In this document: piece after piece, positions 29,621 to 41,902 of the stretch
Position numbering within the stretch: the stretch's first letter is position 1
Layout: every line of letters starts with the position of its first letter
DNA from: Macrostomum lignano
Lineage: Eukaryota
DNA: 64,000 nucleotides
Assembly (NCBI GenBank): GCA_002269645.1
Contig: NIVC01003700.1
Span: 18,046 to 82,045, forward strand
Reading direction: 5' to 3'
The notes under the pieces: model-generated
What the model was told of the DNA's origin: nothing
What the model saw: only the letters and a program-made list of their open reading frames with translations
The model's database searches: none
Translations under genes and position numbers: made by a program

Positions 29621-32600
29621 CTAGTCTGTTTTCTTATCAGCAACTGGTCGATCCTCCTCTCCTGATTGGCCTTCACGCTTAGGTTCGTCAGTTACTTCTC
29701 CTGGCTGCACCTCGTCTTCTGATTGGTCGATAGGCTTAGGTTCGTCGGTTGCTTCTCTTGGCTGAACCTCGTCTTCTGATTGGTCGATAGGCTTAGGTTC
29801 GTCGGTTGCTTCTCTTGGCTGAACCTCGTCTTCTGATTGGTCGATAGGCTTAGGTTCGTCGGTTGCTTCTCTTGGCTGAACCTCGTCTTCTGATTGGTCG
29901 ACAGGCTTAGGTTCGTCATCACCCTGCCGACTCGGAGAGTTGGACTGCTTGGAAAGCTCAGATACTTCAATCGCTTCCGCGTCATCGACAGGCTGCACAG
30001 CGTTTCTGGGAGCGGCGCGCATCAGGTTTATGTTGCAGGAGCGACTTAGGAACTTGTAGAAGCGAACAAAGTACGGATTGATAAATGCTTCGTCGACTTC
30101 TTCGCGGTAGCCGCCTTTAAATAAGTATAGAATTACTTGAATGACATTTCGAATTCGTTAAACCAGACACAACTAGCATTAAAACAAACTGCTTACGCGT
30201 AAATAACGACACAATAAAGCCGCCAGCCGTGGTTGCAGCGGATCCGATTATGGGAAACCACACATAGGAGAGGCTGTACCAGTCGTCGAGAGGTTCTCTA
30301 AGAAGTGTCCAAGATGTAAATTAAAAAAAACGATAAAATTAGTTCAAGAGCAAATTGAATCGAAGTTCTACGACGTAGTAACCGTGTATGTCTATAATAT
30401 TTGTAGCGTCCCGCAAAGAGTGGTTGAATTGCGTCACACAAGAGAGTGGACATTGCGTCACTCAAGAGAGTGGATATGGTGTCGCACAAGAGAGTGGAAA
30501 TTGCGTCCCACGGCTACAAGAGAGTGGACATTGCGTCCCACGGCTACAAGAGAGTGGACATTGCGTCCCACTGCTACAAGAGAGTGGACATTGCGTCTCA
30601 CGGCTACAAGAGAGTGGACATTGCGTCTCACGGCTACAAGAGAGTGGATATGGTGTCCCACAAGAGAGTGGACATTGCGTCCCACGGCTACAAGAGAGTG
30701 GACATTGTGTCGCATAAGTGATTGGTGAGCATTACATCCAACAAGAGAATGGACATTGCGTCCCATAAAAAGTGGACATTGCGTTCCACAATGGAATGGA
30801 ATTTCATGTACTAAAATTAAGTACGCTTGCACTTCCCCCTCTTCATTACTTTTGAAGCGATCGAGCGTCACGGGCCATTACATAAGTCACTGCAATGCTT
30901 ACACAACAGGAGCTTGCGTAGTCCCAACTGTGGTCGGCAGCAGGGTGGTGCCGGGAGTGCCAACATCGCAATTGCTAATATTTGTTGGCAATCCAACAAG
31001 TTGTTTTCCATTCAGATAGGAACCAATGCTGAGCCAGCCGGATATAATCAGGCCGCAAACGGAGCCAACGAGAGCACCCTATGAATTTGTTGTGAAAAAT
31101 TGCGCTGTTTAAACATTGCTATTGAATGCTGAAATTTATCAACTCAACATTGCATTTCGTTTGTCATCTGACCATATTAATTGCGTCTGGAATCTTAACC
31201 ATTGTACTTTAGTCTGGTATCTAAAACTATTGTACTTTAGTCTGGTATCTTAACCATTGTACTTTAGTCTGGTATCTAAAACTATTGTACTTTAGTCTGG
31301 TATCTTAACCATTGTACTTTAGTCTGGTATCTAAAACTATTGTACTTTAGTCTGGTATCTTAACCATTGTACTTTAGTCTGGTATCTAAAACTATTGTAC
31401 TTTAGTCTGGTATCTTAGTGTACTTTAGTCTGGTATCTTAACCAGTGTACTTTAGTCTGGTATCTAAAACTATTGTACTTTAGTCTGGTATCTTAGTGTA
31501 CTTTAGTCTGGTATCTTAACCAGTGTACTTTAGTCTGGTATCTAAAACTATTGTACTTTAGTCTGGTATCTTAGTGTACTTTAGTCTGGTATCTTAACCA
31601 GTGTACTTTAGTCTGGTATCTAAAACTATTGTACTTTAGTCTGGTATCTTAACCAGTGTACTTTAGTCTGGTATCTAAAACTATTGTACTTTAGTCTGGT
31701 ATCTTAACCATTGTACTTTAGTCTGGTATCTAAGACTATTGTACTTTAGTCTGGTATCTTAATCATTGTACTTTAGTCTAGTATCTTAACCAGTGTACTT
31801 ACATATTTATTAACGAACGGGAATAGAACTCCCATTGAGAACAGGCCAAGCAATGGGGCACCAAACGAACCAGTGAAAGCAAGCGATGCCTGAAGCACCG
31901 TTCCACCGAATCGAGTCGAAATTAGGCCCATAAATACTGCTGAGACTCCATAGAACACGACTGAAACAGATATAATAGCGGAAATATTGGTCGGAAAGCA
32001 GTACGTTGCAGCCAGCTTCCAACAGCAGTCACAGAGACCTCTGTAGTTTTCGGCTGTGTTAGCTGGCGCCCCCTCAGTAGCTGGCGCCTTTCTGTAGCTA
32101 GCGCCTCCCCTCTGTAGCTAGCGCCTCCCCTCTGTAGCTGGCGCCTTTCTGTAGCTGGCGCCTTTCTGTAGCTAGCGCCTCCCCTCTGTAGCTAGCGCCT
32201 CCCCTCTGTAGCTAGCGCCTCCCCTCTGTAGCTGGCGCCTTTCTGTAGCTGGCGCCTTTCTGTAGCTAGCGCCTCCCCTCTGCAGCTGGCGCCTTTCTGT
32301 AGCTGGCGCCCCCTCTGCAGCTGGCGCCTTTCTGTAGCTGGCGCCTTTCTGTAGCTAGCGCCTCCCCTCTGTAGTTAGCGCCTCCCCTCTGCAGCTGGCG
32401 CCTTTCTATAGCTGGCGCCTCCCCTCTGCAGCTGGCGCCTTTCTGTAGCTGGCGCCCCCTCTGCAGCTGGCGCCTTTCTGTAGCTGGCGCCCCCTCTGCA
32501 GCTGGCGCCTTTTTGTAGCTGGCGCCCCCTCTACAGCTGGCGCCTTTCTATAGCTGGCGCCCCTCTGTAGCTGGCGCCCCCTCTGCAGCTGGCGCCTTTC

Positions 32601-35600
32601 TGTAGCTGGCGCCCCCTCTGCAGCTGGCGCCTTTCTGTAGCTGGCGCCCCCTCTGTAGCTGGCGCCCCCTCTGCAGCTGGCACCTTTCTGTAGCTGGCGC
32701 CCCCTCTGTAGCTGGCGCCCCCTCTGCAGCTGTAGTTTCAGCAAAGAAACTGAAGCTATTTAATTTTTTCAAACCGGGGAGGAGCCGAAATTTTTTCAAG
32801 AATTTCGCATAACAAAAGACCAAAATCCCGCCCAGGAAATTTTGCGTGCATTTTTTAATTTTGCTTGCCTAATTGATGTTTTCGAAGCAATGACTGAACG
32901 ACTTTACCGGGAAGTATTCAAAGTTTTTGTTTTTTGCATCCCTCGTTTTGGTTCCTGATTGAAACCTAAATTGAAAATTAAAAATTGTTTTAAAAAATTA
33001 GAGTCGTTTTTGGCTTTCTTTGGCACAACTAGCTGGATGAATTGGAGGACAAATCCCTATTCAGTCAGTGAAAAATAGAGAAATTACTGCGCGTACTCCA
33101 GCAGCAAGCACAGTCTCTTACTAAACAGGCGGTTGATCCACGTAGCCCTAGCCTCGGTAGCGTTCAGGCAACAGTAGGGCTTGAAAAAATCTTCCCATGT
33201 TGTGGCAGCCAGCGCGCTCAAGGATGACGATACCGAACTGCAACACAATGGCATCAGCAGCATTCAATGTCTAATGTATAATGGGTGAAACTGAAAGGTA
33301 GAAAAAGCATTTAGTTTTCAAGAGCTGCTCACGCAAGAACCCTTCCTTACCTCAGGGCTCCGGCGAATAGCGAAGCGATGAATAGGCCAGGAACCACTGG
33401 TATGCGGAGGTTTTCCATTACATAGAATGGAACGATCTGTACTGATAAAAACACACGCGATCATGTTAATATGCTAAGTACATATATGCTCGTATATATT
33501 ATTAAGTTTATTGGTGCTTTTGTACCAATGTGCCCACATGGGAACTGCTGTTTAGATTCAACTAGTAGATGTCTAAACTTAGAGCCCTGAGTGGATCTTG
33601 TGACAATGAATGTACACTCAGCAACCGTCAAAAGTTCCACCCCACTAAGCGAAATGATTTTTTCACTTATTGCGAGTGACGCAACCTACGGCACGCGCAA
33701 AGCTTATTGCCGCTTGGGGGTGGCTTGGGTCTGCTTAATGGTCCAGGCCTGGACATTAAGCAGACCCAAGCCCAGGAACAACGCCCCGCCACACCAAGCC
33801 GATGCTGTTAGTCAACTGAAGGAACAGCTACAGCTGCGCACTCTGCGCTGCCCTTCCCGGTCCCCAGACATGAATCCCATCGAGCATGTCTGGGACTTCC
33901 TAAAACGTAGCATTCGAAAAGAGAATCCACCATAGAATGTTGCGGAGAGCTCTGCGTCATGCCATTGAAAACGCTTCGGAGCGGCTTCCCCAGGACTTTC
34001 TGCGCCGCCTCATCATTGGGATGCCCTGCAGAGTCGTCGGACTTCTGCGTGCGAGGGGATCCCACACGCATCGCGATTTTAACTGAATATTGCATAAAAA
34101 ATTTATGATTTTACTGATAGTCAATCAACTTTCCCTTCCTCGCGGCGGCTTAGTTGCGTAACTTGAGGGTTGAATTGTGAGTGTGAAGTTTTTGCAATTT
34201 GGAGGGTGGAACTTTTGAATGTTGCTGAGTATAAGAAAGTGGCCACTAGGGTTGGTCCAAAAATCAACAATTTCTCTAATTCCATACTGATACATTTTCA
34301 TTCCTATTCTAAATGATGCAATTGATCACTGCATTCCATTACTGCTTAGTAGGGCCGAAAGGGTTGTCACCCAAAGCAGTTGAAAGTTCATCTTTCAGCT
34401 TCAGGTGCTGATTTTTAGTTTTCAGTCTTTACAGCACCAAATTCTTCCACAACGACAAATGGAGCAAGTAATCTTGTACAGTACGTGTGTTCTATTCGAG
34501 CTTGTTGGTTCACTATAGTTGATCTGTGTCTGTAAATTGCTCGACTTGTGAACACTAAAGCCATGGAGTTATTTTCATAGTAAAAAAGCTAGCATTGTTG
34601 GACCTGGTTCGAATCCTCGATCCAGCCAGCCGCGCTGGGATCGCAGGCGACGTTTGCGTAATATGCGAAAATTATCAGACCCGCCAGGCACGAGGACACC
34701 ACGAAGAATATGGCGCCGAGAGAGACCAGAACAACTGACCTGTGCACAGGGATTTCAAGTAAGTTTTGTTATAGTTTGTACTTAAATCTAGTCTTTTTTC
34801 TCCTATGCAAAAGCTTTACGTAAATTTTACAAATATAGCTCAAGGACCACTAGCAGTATAATCAAAGATGGTATAACTTTTTGGGGGCCAAAAAGATGAA
34901 GATGATACGAGAGCAATGATGATTTTTTTTCCTATTTCCGCAGTGTATTCTTTGACGTAAATTGGCCCTTAAAAAGTACACGATCTGTGGTCTATGATAT
35001 ATAGCTGAAATTGATAAATTTCCCAATTAAATAACCATAGCTTATAAGTTAATAAGACCATGGCATTCTGCAGGCATGTACACTTCACTGTGCCTTGCGG
35101 GTGGCTCTCATAGCTGTGCATTGCACGACAACCTCCCAGGCCATTGTCGGCTGATTTTCCATGCAAGAATGGCATTCTTGCACTCTTTTGCGTGCAGGAA
35201 TGGATGTCTATGGTAAAATCTCACTGAAAAAGCATTAGGCGCAGAAATGCATTCCTGCACGGTTTTGTGCATTCCTGCACGATGAATCATCCGACAATGG
35301 AATTCCTTCACGTTCACTCGTGCGTGAAGGACATCGTGCACTCGTGCGCTAGCGCGCACTCGTGCAGATGTCATTCCCGCACTCGTTACCGTGCAGGAAT
35401 ATATCAATCTGTCGTGCACACACACCACAACCAGGGCTAGGTGTCATAGCGCGAGAGTCAGAGACGCGTTTACCGCTGGGCTGCCCTTCCCGCTACGCCT
35501 AGCCCATGTCTATGGCCCAAATCACAACACTACGAGCTATAAATAAGTCATAAAATTGGCCACATTTACAATTGAGCCTGCCGCATAGTTTTCACTGAGC

Positions 35601-38600
35601 AGTACCGCTGCACGGAGGCTTGAAACACGCCGAATGTGCTGGAGTAGGCGATGCCGTTGCCAACCACAAGACCCCAGACTGTGTGACGAACTCGTGGATC
35701 TAAGCTGAAGCTAAAAAATGATGAAGAGAGTGCACATACGCTATAGAACAAGCGGCCCGCAAAGCCTCTCTATCCGGCCCTCGAGTCCTTTGAAACTTCA
35801 CAATAACAATGCGGCCTGCTCAAGGATTGCGTCTCTTCTCAGCTCTTGCTCCTCTCCTCTCCTCTCCCCTTCCCTCTCCTCTCCTCTCCTCTCCTCTCCT
35901 CTCCTCTCCTCTTCTCTCCTCTCCTCTTCTCTCCTCTCCTCTCCTCTCCTCTCCTCTCTCTCCTCTCCTCTTCTCTCCTCTCCTCTCCTCTCCTCTCCTC
36001 TCCTCTTCTCTCCTCTCCTCTCCTCTCCTCTCCTCTTCTCTCCTCTCCTCTTCTCTCCTCTCCTCTCCTCTCCTCTTCTCTCCTCTCCTCTTCTCTCCTC
36101 TCCTCTTCTCTCCTCTCCTCTTCTCTCCTCTCCTCTTCTCTTCTCTCCTCTTCTCTCCTCTCCTCCTCTCCTCTCCTCTCCTCTCCTCTCTCCTCTCCTC
36201 TCCTCTCCTCTCCTCTCCTCTCCTCTCCTCTCCTCTCCAATCATCTCCTCTCTCCTACCCCCTCTCCTCTTATCTCTCCTCTCCTCTCTCCTCTCCTCTC
36301 TCCTCTACTCTCCACTCTCCTCTCCCCTCACATGCAATACGTAGTAAAAAGTAGCTTTTAAGATTTGACATCGACATACTTACAAAAACGACGTGTATCC
36401 CATTCCATACAGTTGCCTATATTGCTTTAGTAACCAGAGGGGGGGGTCGGCACTGAGGGGACAGGCGGACATGTCCCCCCAGTAAAAGCTTTGGGGTGGA
36501 CATACCTATGCTTTGCCCTGCACTGCCCCACCTAGTTACCCTGCCTGCGGCACCAAAATGAGTGCCTGCTGCCTCGCCAAAAACGACACCCCTTTTAGCG
36601 ACAATTTCATAATTAGTCAGCGCAACTGAAGGTATAAAAACAACACTATCGATACTCACTTGTCGAACTCGATGCGACCATATTTATACGATATCTGCCA
36701 CACATTTCCAATGCCACCCAGGTCAATGAGTCCCTGTAACAGAAATTAATTGTAAACTATGTAATACAAGATCAAGTTCAAGCATTTTGTTTGATTGAAA
36801 CTTTCCTATAGTAAACTTTTAACTCACCCGAATAATGATAGCCAAAATTCCTGCCGTCATGACTACCGATTGAAATACATCAGTCCAGATCACAGCCTTG
36901 AGCCCGCCCTGATTGAAACGGCACAAAGTGAATATTAGAACTTTTTGGAATAGCGGATTTACTAATAGTGATAATGTGCAACACATATTTACACTCTCTG
37001 CGGTGGGGGGAGAGGTTGCCCCTCAGGGCGTGAATCGCATGACAACAAAGAGTCTATTAAATCTTCTTTAAATCTTCTTTAAATCTTCTTTAAACAGTGC
37101 AAGATTCGTCTGCGTCAGCTATTCATAAAAAAATAATAAAAATTAACGATAGCGGTTATGACAGAAGTATGCATGTAGAATTACTCGTGTAGTCACTAAC
37201 CCAGGCTGTGTAGAAAGTGCAGATCACACCGCTCACGGCGATTGACGCTTCAACAGGGATGGCACCGTTGGAAACTAAAAGTGTTTAACGGATTGCAAAA
37301 TTATGAATGTCAATATCCATATTTCAATTAAGGTAACAAAAGTATAAGGCTACTACACATAGAAGACAGGGGAATGGCCGCCAACGAAGAGACAGGGGCG
37401 CCAACCGAGAGACAGGGGCGCCAACCGAGAGACAGGGGCGCCAACCGAGAGACAGGGGCGCCAACCGAGAGACAGGGGCGCCAACCGAGAGACAGGGGCG
37501 CCAACCGAGAGACAGGGGCGCCAACCGAGAGACAGGGGCGCCAACCGAGAGACAGGGGCGCCCACCAAGAGCCAGGGGTGCCCACCAAGAGACAGGGGCG
37601 CCCTCCAAGAGACAGGGGCGCCCACCAAGAGACAGGGGCGCCCACCAAGAGACAGGGGCGCCCACCAAGAGACAGGGGCGCCCACCAAAGCACCAAATAG
37701 TGGCGGCCCTAATGATTGCTACCCCCTACAATAAATAAAAGTTCCCGTGTACACACCAGTTAAAAAGTTGAAAGGGTGAGATATTAGGACTTCAGTTCTA
37801 TTAAGCTGAGAAATTACCATCAATCCCTACGCTATCAAGCTAATGCATTTTTTCAACGATAAACGACCTACAGTGAAATTTTGCCTAATTTGCAAGTGCA
37901 GCACCTTTATTGACTTAAACAGATGCCTGCATTTCACAATGCGACTTACCATACTGCAAGGCAGTGGCTGGAGCGTACAATGCAATTCCCATGTAGATCA
38001 CCTGTAAGTTTTTGTCCAATCAGATAAATCTATATCAGGTAATAAAGTGTACGTTTAAGATCACAGGCACCTATAAGTTTTAGTAAAAGCCACTATATAC
38101 TCACGTTATTAATTAGAAGCAGGAAATTTCCCATCAGTCGAACAAGACGAGACTTGAATCTCAGCTCGAGATACTGCAATGAAATTACAAAAATTCTTGA
38201 TGAATGCTTGGCTAGAAAAACTCTTAACGACAGTCCCGTGACGTCAGCTATACTGAAAACTCTTAACGACAGTCCCGTGACGTCAGCTATACTGAAAACT
38301 CTTAGCGACAGTCCCGTGACGTCAGCTATACAGAAAACTCTTAGCGACAGTCCCGTGACGTCAGCTACAGAAAACTCTTAACGACAGTCCCGTGACGTCA
38401 GCTACAGAAAACTCTTTACGACAGTCCCGTGACGTCAGCTACAGAAAACTCTTTACGACAGTCCCGTGACGTCAGCTACAGAAAACTCTTTACGACAGTC
38501 CCGTGACGTCAGCTACAAAAACTCTTTACGACAGTCCTGTGATGTTATAATTATATATTGTAAGGTCTAACTTTTGTGAACTTTTTGCAGTTTTTGATCT

Positions 38601-40234
38601 CGTTAATAAATGAATTTTTAGCCATAACTTCTTGTGGTTGCACCGCAATCGGCAAGGGCTACAGTTTCTCACCTCGAACGAGCTCGTCAGTCGCAGCTGA
38701 TAAAACACCGGCACGAATATCAGAGCCGCCAGAACGCAGCCGATCTGCTCGCCAAATATTGACAGCACGTACATTGTGCCGTTGAAGTAGATCTCGGCTG
38801 GACCCCGAGGATTAGTATGGCCGAGTTGAACGACACCAACAGTGACAGGGCCACTGGGATCACCTGCTGCTTGCGGCCGCCCATTACGAATTCTTCTTTT
38901 TCGTCCGAGCCGGCGCTGCCATCTTCTGCGTTGCCTGTGTAAATATAAGTAAGTAAGTAGTAGAGTTTACTGACATTTCCGCCCAAGATTGTTTCACGAA
39001 AGAGAACTTTTTACTGAGGAGTTTGGTAGTTGCATGCTGCCAGCAGTCTTCCTACTGTTCTAATAATCATATTATGTAAGACTAAAGCATTAGGACAGTA
39101 ATCCGAAATACTTAATATTTTAAGAATGTTCAATAATAAACGGACATTCAATAGTTTCAAAAAGCCCAACTGCTCTATAGTTGTATAGCAACTTTCAAAT
39201 TCCTTATCTATTCCCAATAACTAGGTCAACATTTCCCACGCTTTAACTACTCCTAGTAGGGTAAAAGCTAAAAGTAGGGTAATCTACTTAGCAATCTGCC
39301 TTATCACGTTTTAAACTTAATGTCAACTTAAGCTCATAAAAAGTGGAGTCTGAGTAATTTATATACACAAATGGTACATCATTCTGCTCACAGTGACACC
39401 AGGAATGTGGATTAGTAAAAAAGTGACAAAAATTGGACCTGGGATAGGAGAGAACAAGCAAGGAAATACTTAGGGACTCTACCTTATATGAGCTTAAGTT
39501 TACATAATTGTCCCTAATTATCATCTTGCTTGTAAAAGGGCCTCCCCTTTTAATTAAATACGTCGAAAAATAACGCTAACGGAATAAGTAAACAGAAAGA
39601 GAGGAGGTCAAGAGAGAACTAAAGCCTTTCAAAACGATTTACGTTTGCTTTAATGTTAATCAAATAGTTATTATATAAAACAGAAAATACTAATTAAAAA
39701 AATTACTTTACTACTTTTGCTAGTAGTGAGTTTCGAATACTAAAGACCCAAAAAAAGCTCGAAAAAGTGCATATTAAGAACCATTGATCAAGGAAACAAT
39801 TGATCGAGAAAACTACCGATTGAGGAAACTACCGATTGAGAAAAATACCGATTGAGGAAACTACCGATCGAGGAAACTATCGATCGAAGAAACTAACCGA
39901 TCGAAGAAACTACCAAGAGAAAAAGCTACAGATCAGGAAACTACCGATCGAGGAAACTACCAATCCATAAATTGCATCTTCGGACTATATATGTACGTAC
40001 ATTTACAATCTACATCACAGCTGCAGTACCTTTTCGTCGTCCTATAAAGCTAGCTACAATCCCGACCGCCAGTGAAGCGGCCAGAAAGACGCCCAGAACC
40101 ACGTAGTCGACAGGTGAAAACTGATTATTAGTCTGCTGGTGCTTGGTGAAAGCTCCAGCCCCTTGACGAGATCCCGGTAGAGAGCTCCACAGAGCTTGCG
40201 GCACCAGGTTTGACTGCCACAATGGATTGTTCAT
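29621..40234 (-). CDS. Sodium:solute symporter, SLC5A5/6/8/12 (SMVT/SMCT)-like, 15 exons, with a frameshift in exon 2
   Basis: Exons: 40234-40030, 38934-38673, 38173-38105, 38001-37950, 37274-37201, 36908-36828, 36733-36660, 35710-35570, 34739-34604, 33436-33351, 33237-33122, 31960-31803, 31078-30903, 30297-30197, 30114-29621. All have GT/AG ends and compatible phases, except that exon 2 is 1 nt short. Motifs: DYVVLGVFL, PVALSLLVSF, YLELRF, YMGIALYAPA, GGLKAVIWTDVFQ, QASVQRY, PGLFIASLFAGALSSVSSSL, GAPLLGLF, WYSLSYVW. Confidence 0.93.
30415..30790. repeat. 30-bp minisatellite (CAAGAGAGTGGACATTGCGTCCCACGGCTA)
   Basis: About 12 units in SLC5 intron 13. Confidence 0.93.
31195..31800. repeat. 27/28-bp minisatellite (TTGTACTTTAGTCTGGTATCTTAACCA)
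   Basis: Alternating unit variants; abuts the exon-12 donor of the SLC5 gene. Confidence 0.95.
32058..32732. repeat. 17/20-bp minisatellite with AGCTGGCGCC core
   Basis: Units GTAGCTGGCGCCTTTCT and GTAGCTAGCGCCTCCCCTCT; SLC5 intron 11. Confidence 0.93.
33615..34231 (+). mobile_element. Tc1-type (DD34E) DNA transposon, internally deleted non-autonomous copy in SLC5 intron 9
   Basis: About 28-bp imperfect TIRs (CACTCAGCAACCGTCAAAAGTTCCACCC and reverse complement TACTCAGCAACATTCAAAAGTTCCACCC) flanked by TA at 33613-14 and 34232-33. Transposase remnant NNAPPH...PSRSPDMNPIEHVWDFLKR has 34 residues between the D-equivalent position and E. Confidence 0.85.
35850..36330. repeat. (CTCCT)n pentanucleotide tract
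   Basis: Polypyrimidine/polypurine array in SLC5 intron 7. Confidence 0.97.
37388..37690. repeat. 20-bp minisatellite with GGCGCC core (GAGACAGGGGCGCCAACCGA)
   Basis: About 15 units in two subtype blocks; SLC5 intron 4. Confidence 0.95.
38215..38540. repeat. 37-39-bp minisatellite, each unit containing TGACGTCA
   Basis: Eight units with a perfect TGACGTCA plus one degenerate unit; SLC5 intron 2. Confidence 0.95.
39795..39965. repeat. 16-bp degenerate tandem repeat (GAGGAAACTACCGATY)
   Basis: About 10 units in SLC5 intron 1. Confidence 0.85.
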
Positions 40235-40908
40235 TTTGTTGAAGAGTTTCCTCGGTCAGACCAATAAACGGTAATCGAATGTTGAAAAAGAAATTTGAGA
40301 AAAGTTAAATATTTTATTGAAATGGCTTTAACTACTTACTTAGGTTTCTCTTATCACTTCTTTATTTCACTTTTTTAACACAAACCGTTCTATAAAGCGT
40401 CTACACCATGTGCGCAGTTAGTTTAGAGATTGATAAAGTACGATACAGATAGCTCGTCAAAAAAAGCTAACGCGTGCAAGGCAAATCAGTGTTTAAAAAC
40501 TTTCTGAATTTCTGAGGACACACTTTTCTTTTCTAAAGAAAATGAAAAAGCAATACCTTGCGTTGTTACCTGCACTTTTAACACAGTCACTGCAGCAGGA
40601 TATGAACAGACATTTTTTTTCTTCAACTGTAAACTGTAAAAAATTGAAATCCTTAAGGTTTGTCTGCCGTATAAGAAGAGGGAGTTAAAGTGACGCAAAA
40701 GTATATGCCGTAATCTGCAGTCGGTCATTGCTGAAAAAGGCAAAAACCTCTCCTTAAAGAATTGTGTCTCTTTTATAGAAATTTTATCGGAACCGAGGGT
40801 AGCATCCTAGATCTCTAATAGCTACTTTTGGTTTACCAAGATTTAATAAAAAGTATGTCTAAAAATAGTTTCTTATTCTTCCGCATACAATTCGAATTCG
40901 CGTGTTGT

Positions 40909-41902
40909 TCAAACAGAAGCAGCCACCATGCATTCAAAAGTCTTCATTGAGTAGTAGTGGTTCAGCGGATAGCCAATGCCTGGGGAAGTGAACGTAAGTC
41001 CGTCAGCCCACAACGGCTCAGACAAGTTAAGAGCTGTTGGAGGCGTGAAGTACCGACCGTTCGGGTTGAAGCAGTGACAACTGCCGTACCACCAGGCTCC
41101 TTGGTAGGTGACTGCGCAGTTATGGGACCATCTGTCTTGATCCTTATCCGGTGTGCTGAACATTGCATTGTTCATGTAGGCACCAACAGTATGACTGCAA
41201 GTTGCAACATTCGACCGGCTGATGTCAGGCTCTCCGACGCTGACTCGGTATCCCTGACTGGCGTCCTGCACGGCGAAGTGGGCGTCCTCCCACCAGTAGC
41301 GAGTGCCGTTCCAGTCGCTCATCTCCCACCTCGCGCGCCTGTCTCCGGCTCGAGTGAGCTGATGGATCGCCTCCAGACCCATCCAGTAGTTTCTGTCCTG
41401 GCCCTGGCCGAACTCAGTCAAGTAGTCAGTCCAGTTCCGGTAGAAATCCACCGAGCCGTCCACTCGGTGCTGGAAGGTGCGCCAGCAGGTTCGTCCGAGC
41501 TCGTCCAGCTGTCTCACCTGTATTATCACGGTTAGCCAAATCGTAGGGTCAATAATTATGCATCACGATAGCAACAGACATTTTGAAATAAAAATGAATC
41601 ACACGGTGAGCACCTACCAGCAGCAGAGGCAGAGTCGAGTTTCTCGCATTGCGGCACTTTCTGCATCCGCTCGTTCCAAGCTGGCAGCTGTACAATCGAC
41701 AAGTGTCCCGCTCGCGATCGAACTCAACCGCTTGGTGCTGCGGTCCAGCGAGAGTCGCGCACTCCAAGTCGCTCCGCACACCAGCCACCGAGCTGTCAAG
41801 CTTGTACTCGCTCAGGTCGTCTCTCTGCTCAGCCAATCTGAGCTGCGACAAAGCATCAGTTCTACAGAGCAGAGTGATTACTACAATAAGTTCAATAATC
41901 AT
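40909..41902 (-). CDS. Secreted fibrinogen-related protein copy 1 (signal peptide + PAN/apple-like module + FReD)
   Basis: Exon 41902-41618, 100-bp intron (GTAGGT...ATACAG, phase 0), exon 41517-40909. FReD motifs: WRTFQHRVDGSVDFYRNWTDY, FGQ..NYWMGLEAIHQLT, FSTPDKDQD, NCA..YQGAWWYGSCHCFNPNG. Hydrophobic N-terminus MIIELIVVITLLC. Confidence 0.9.
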
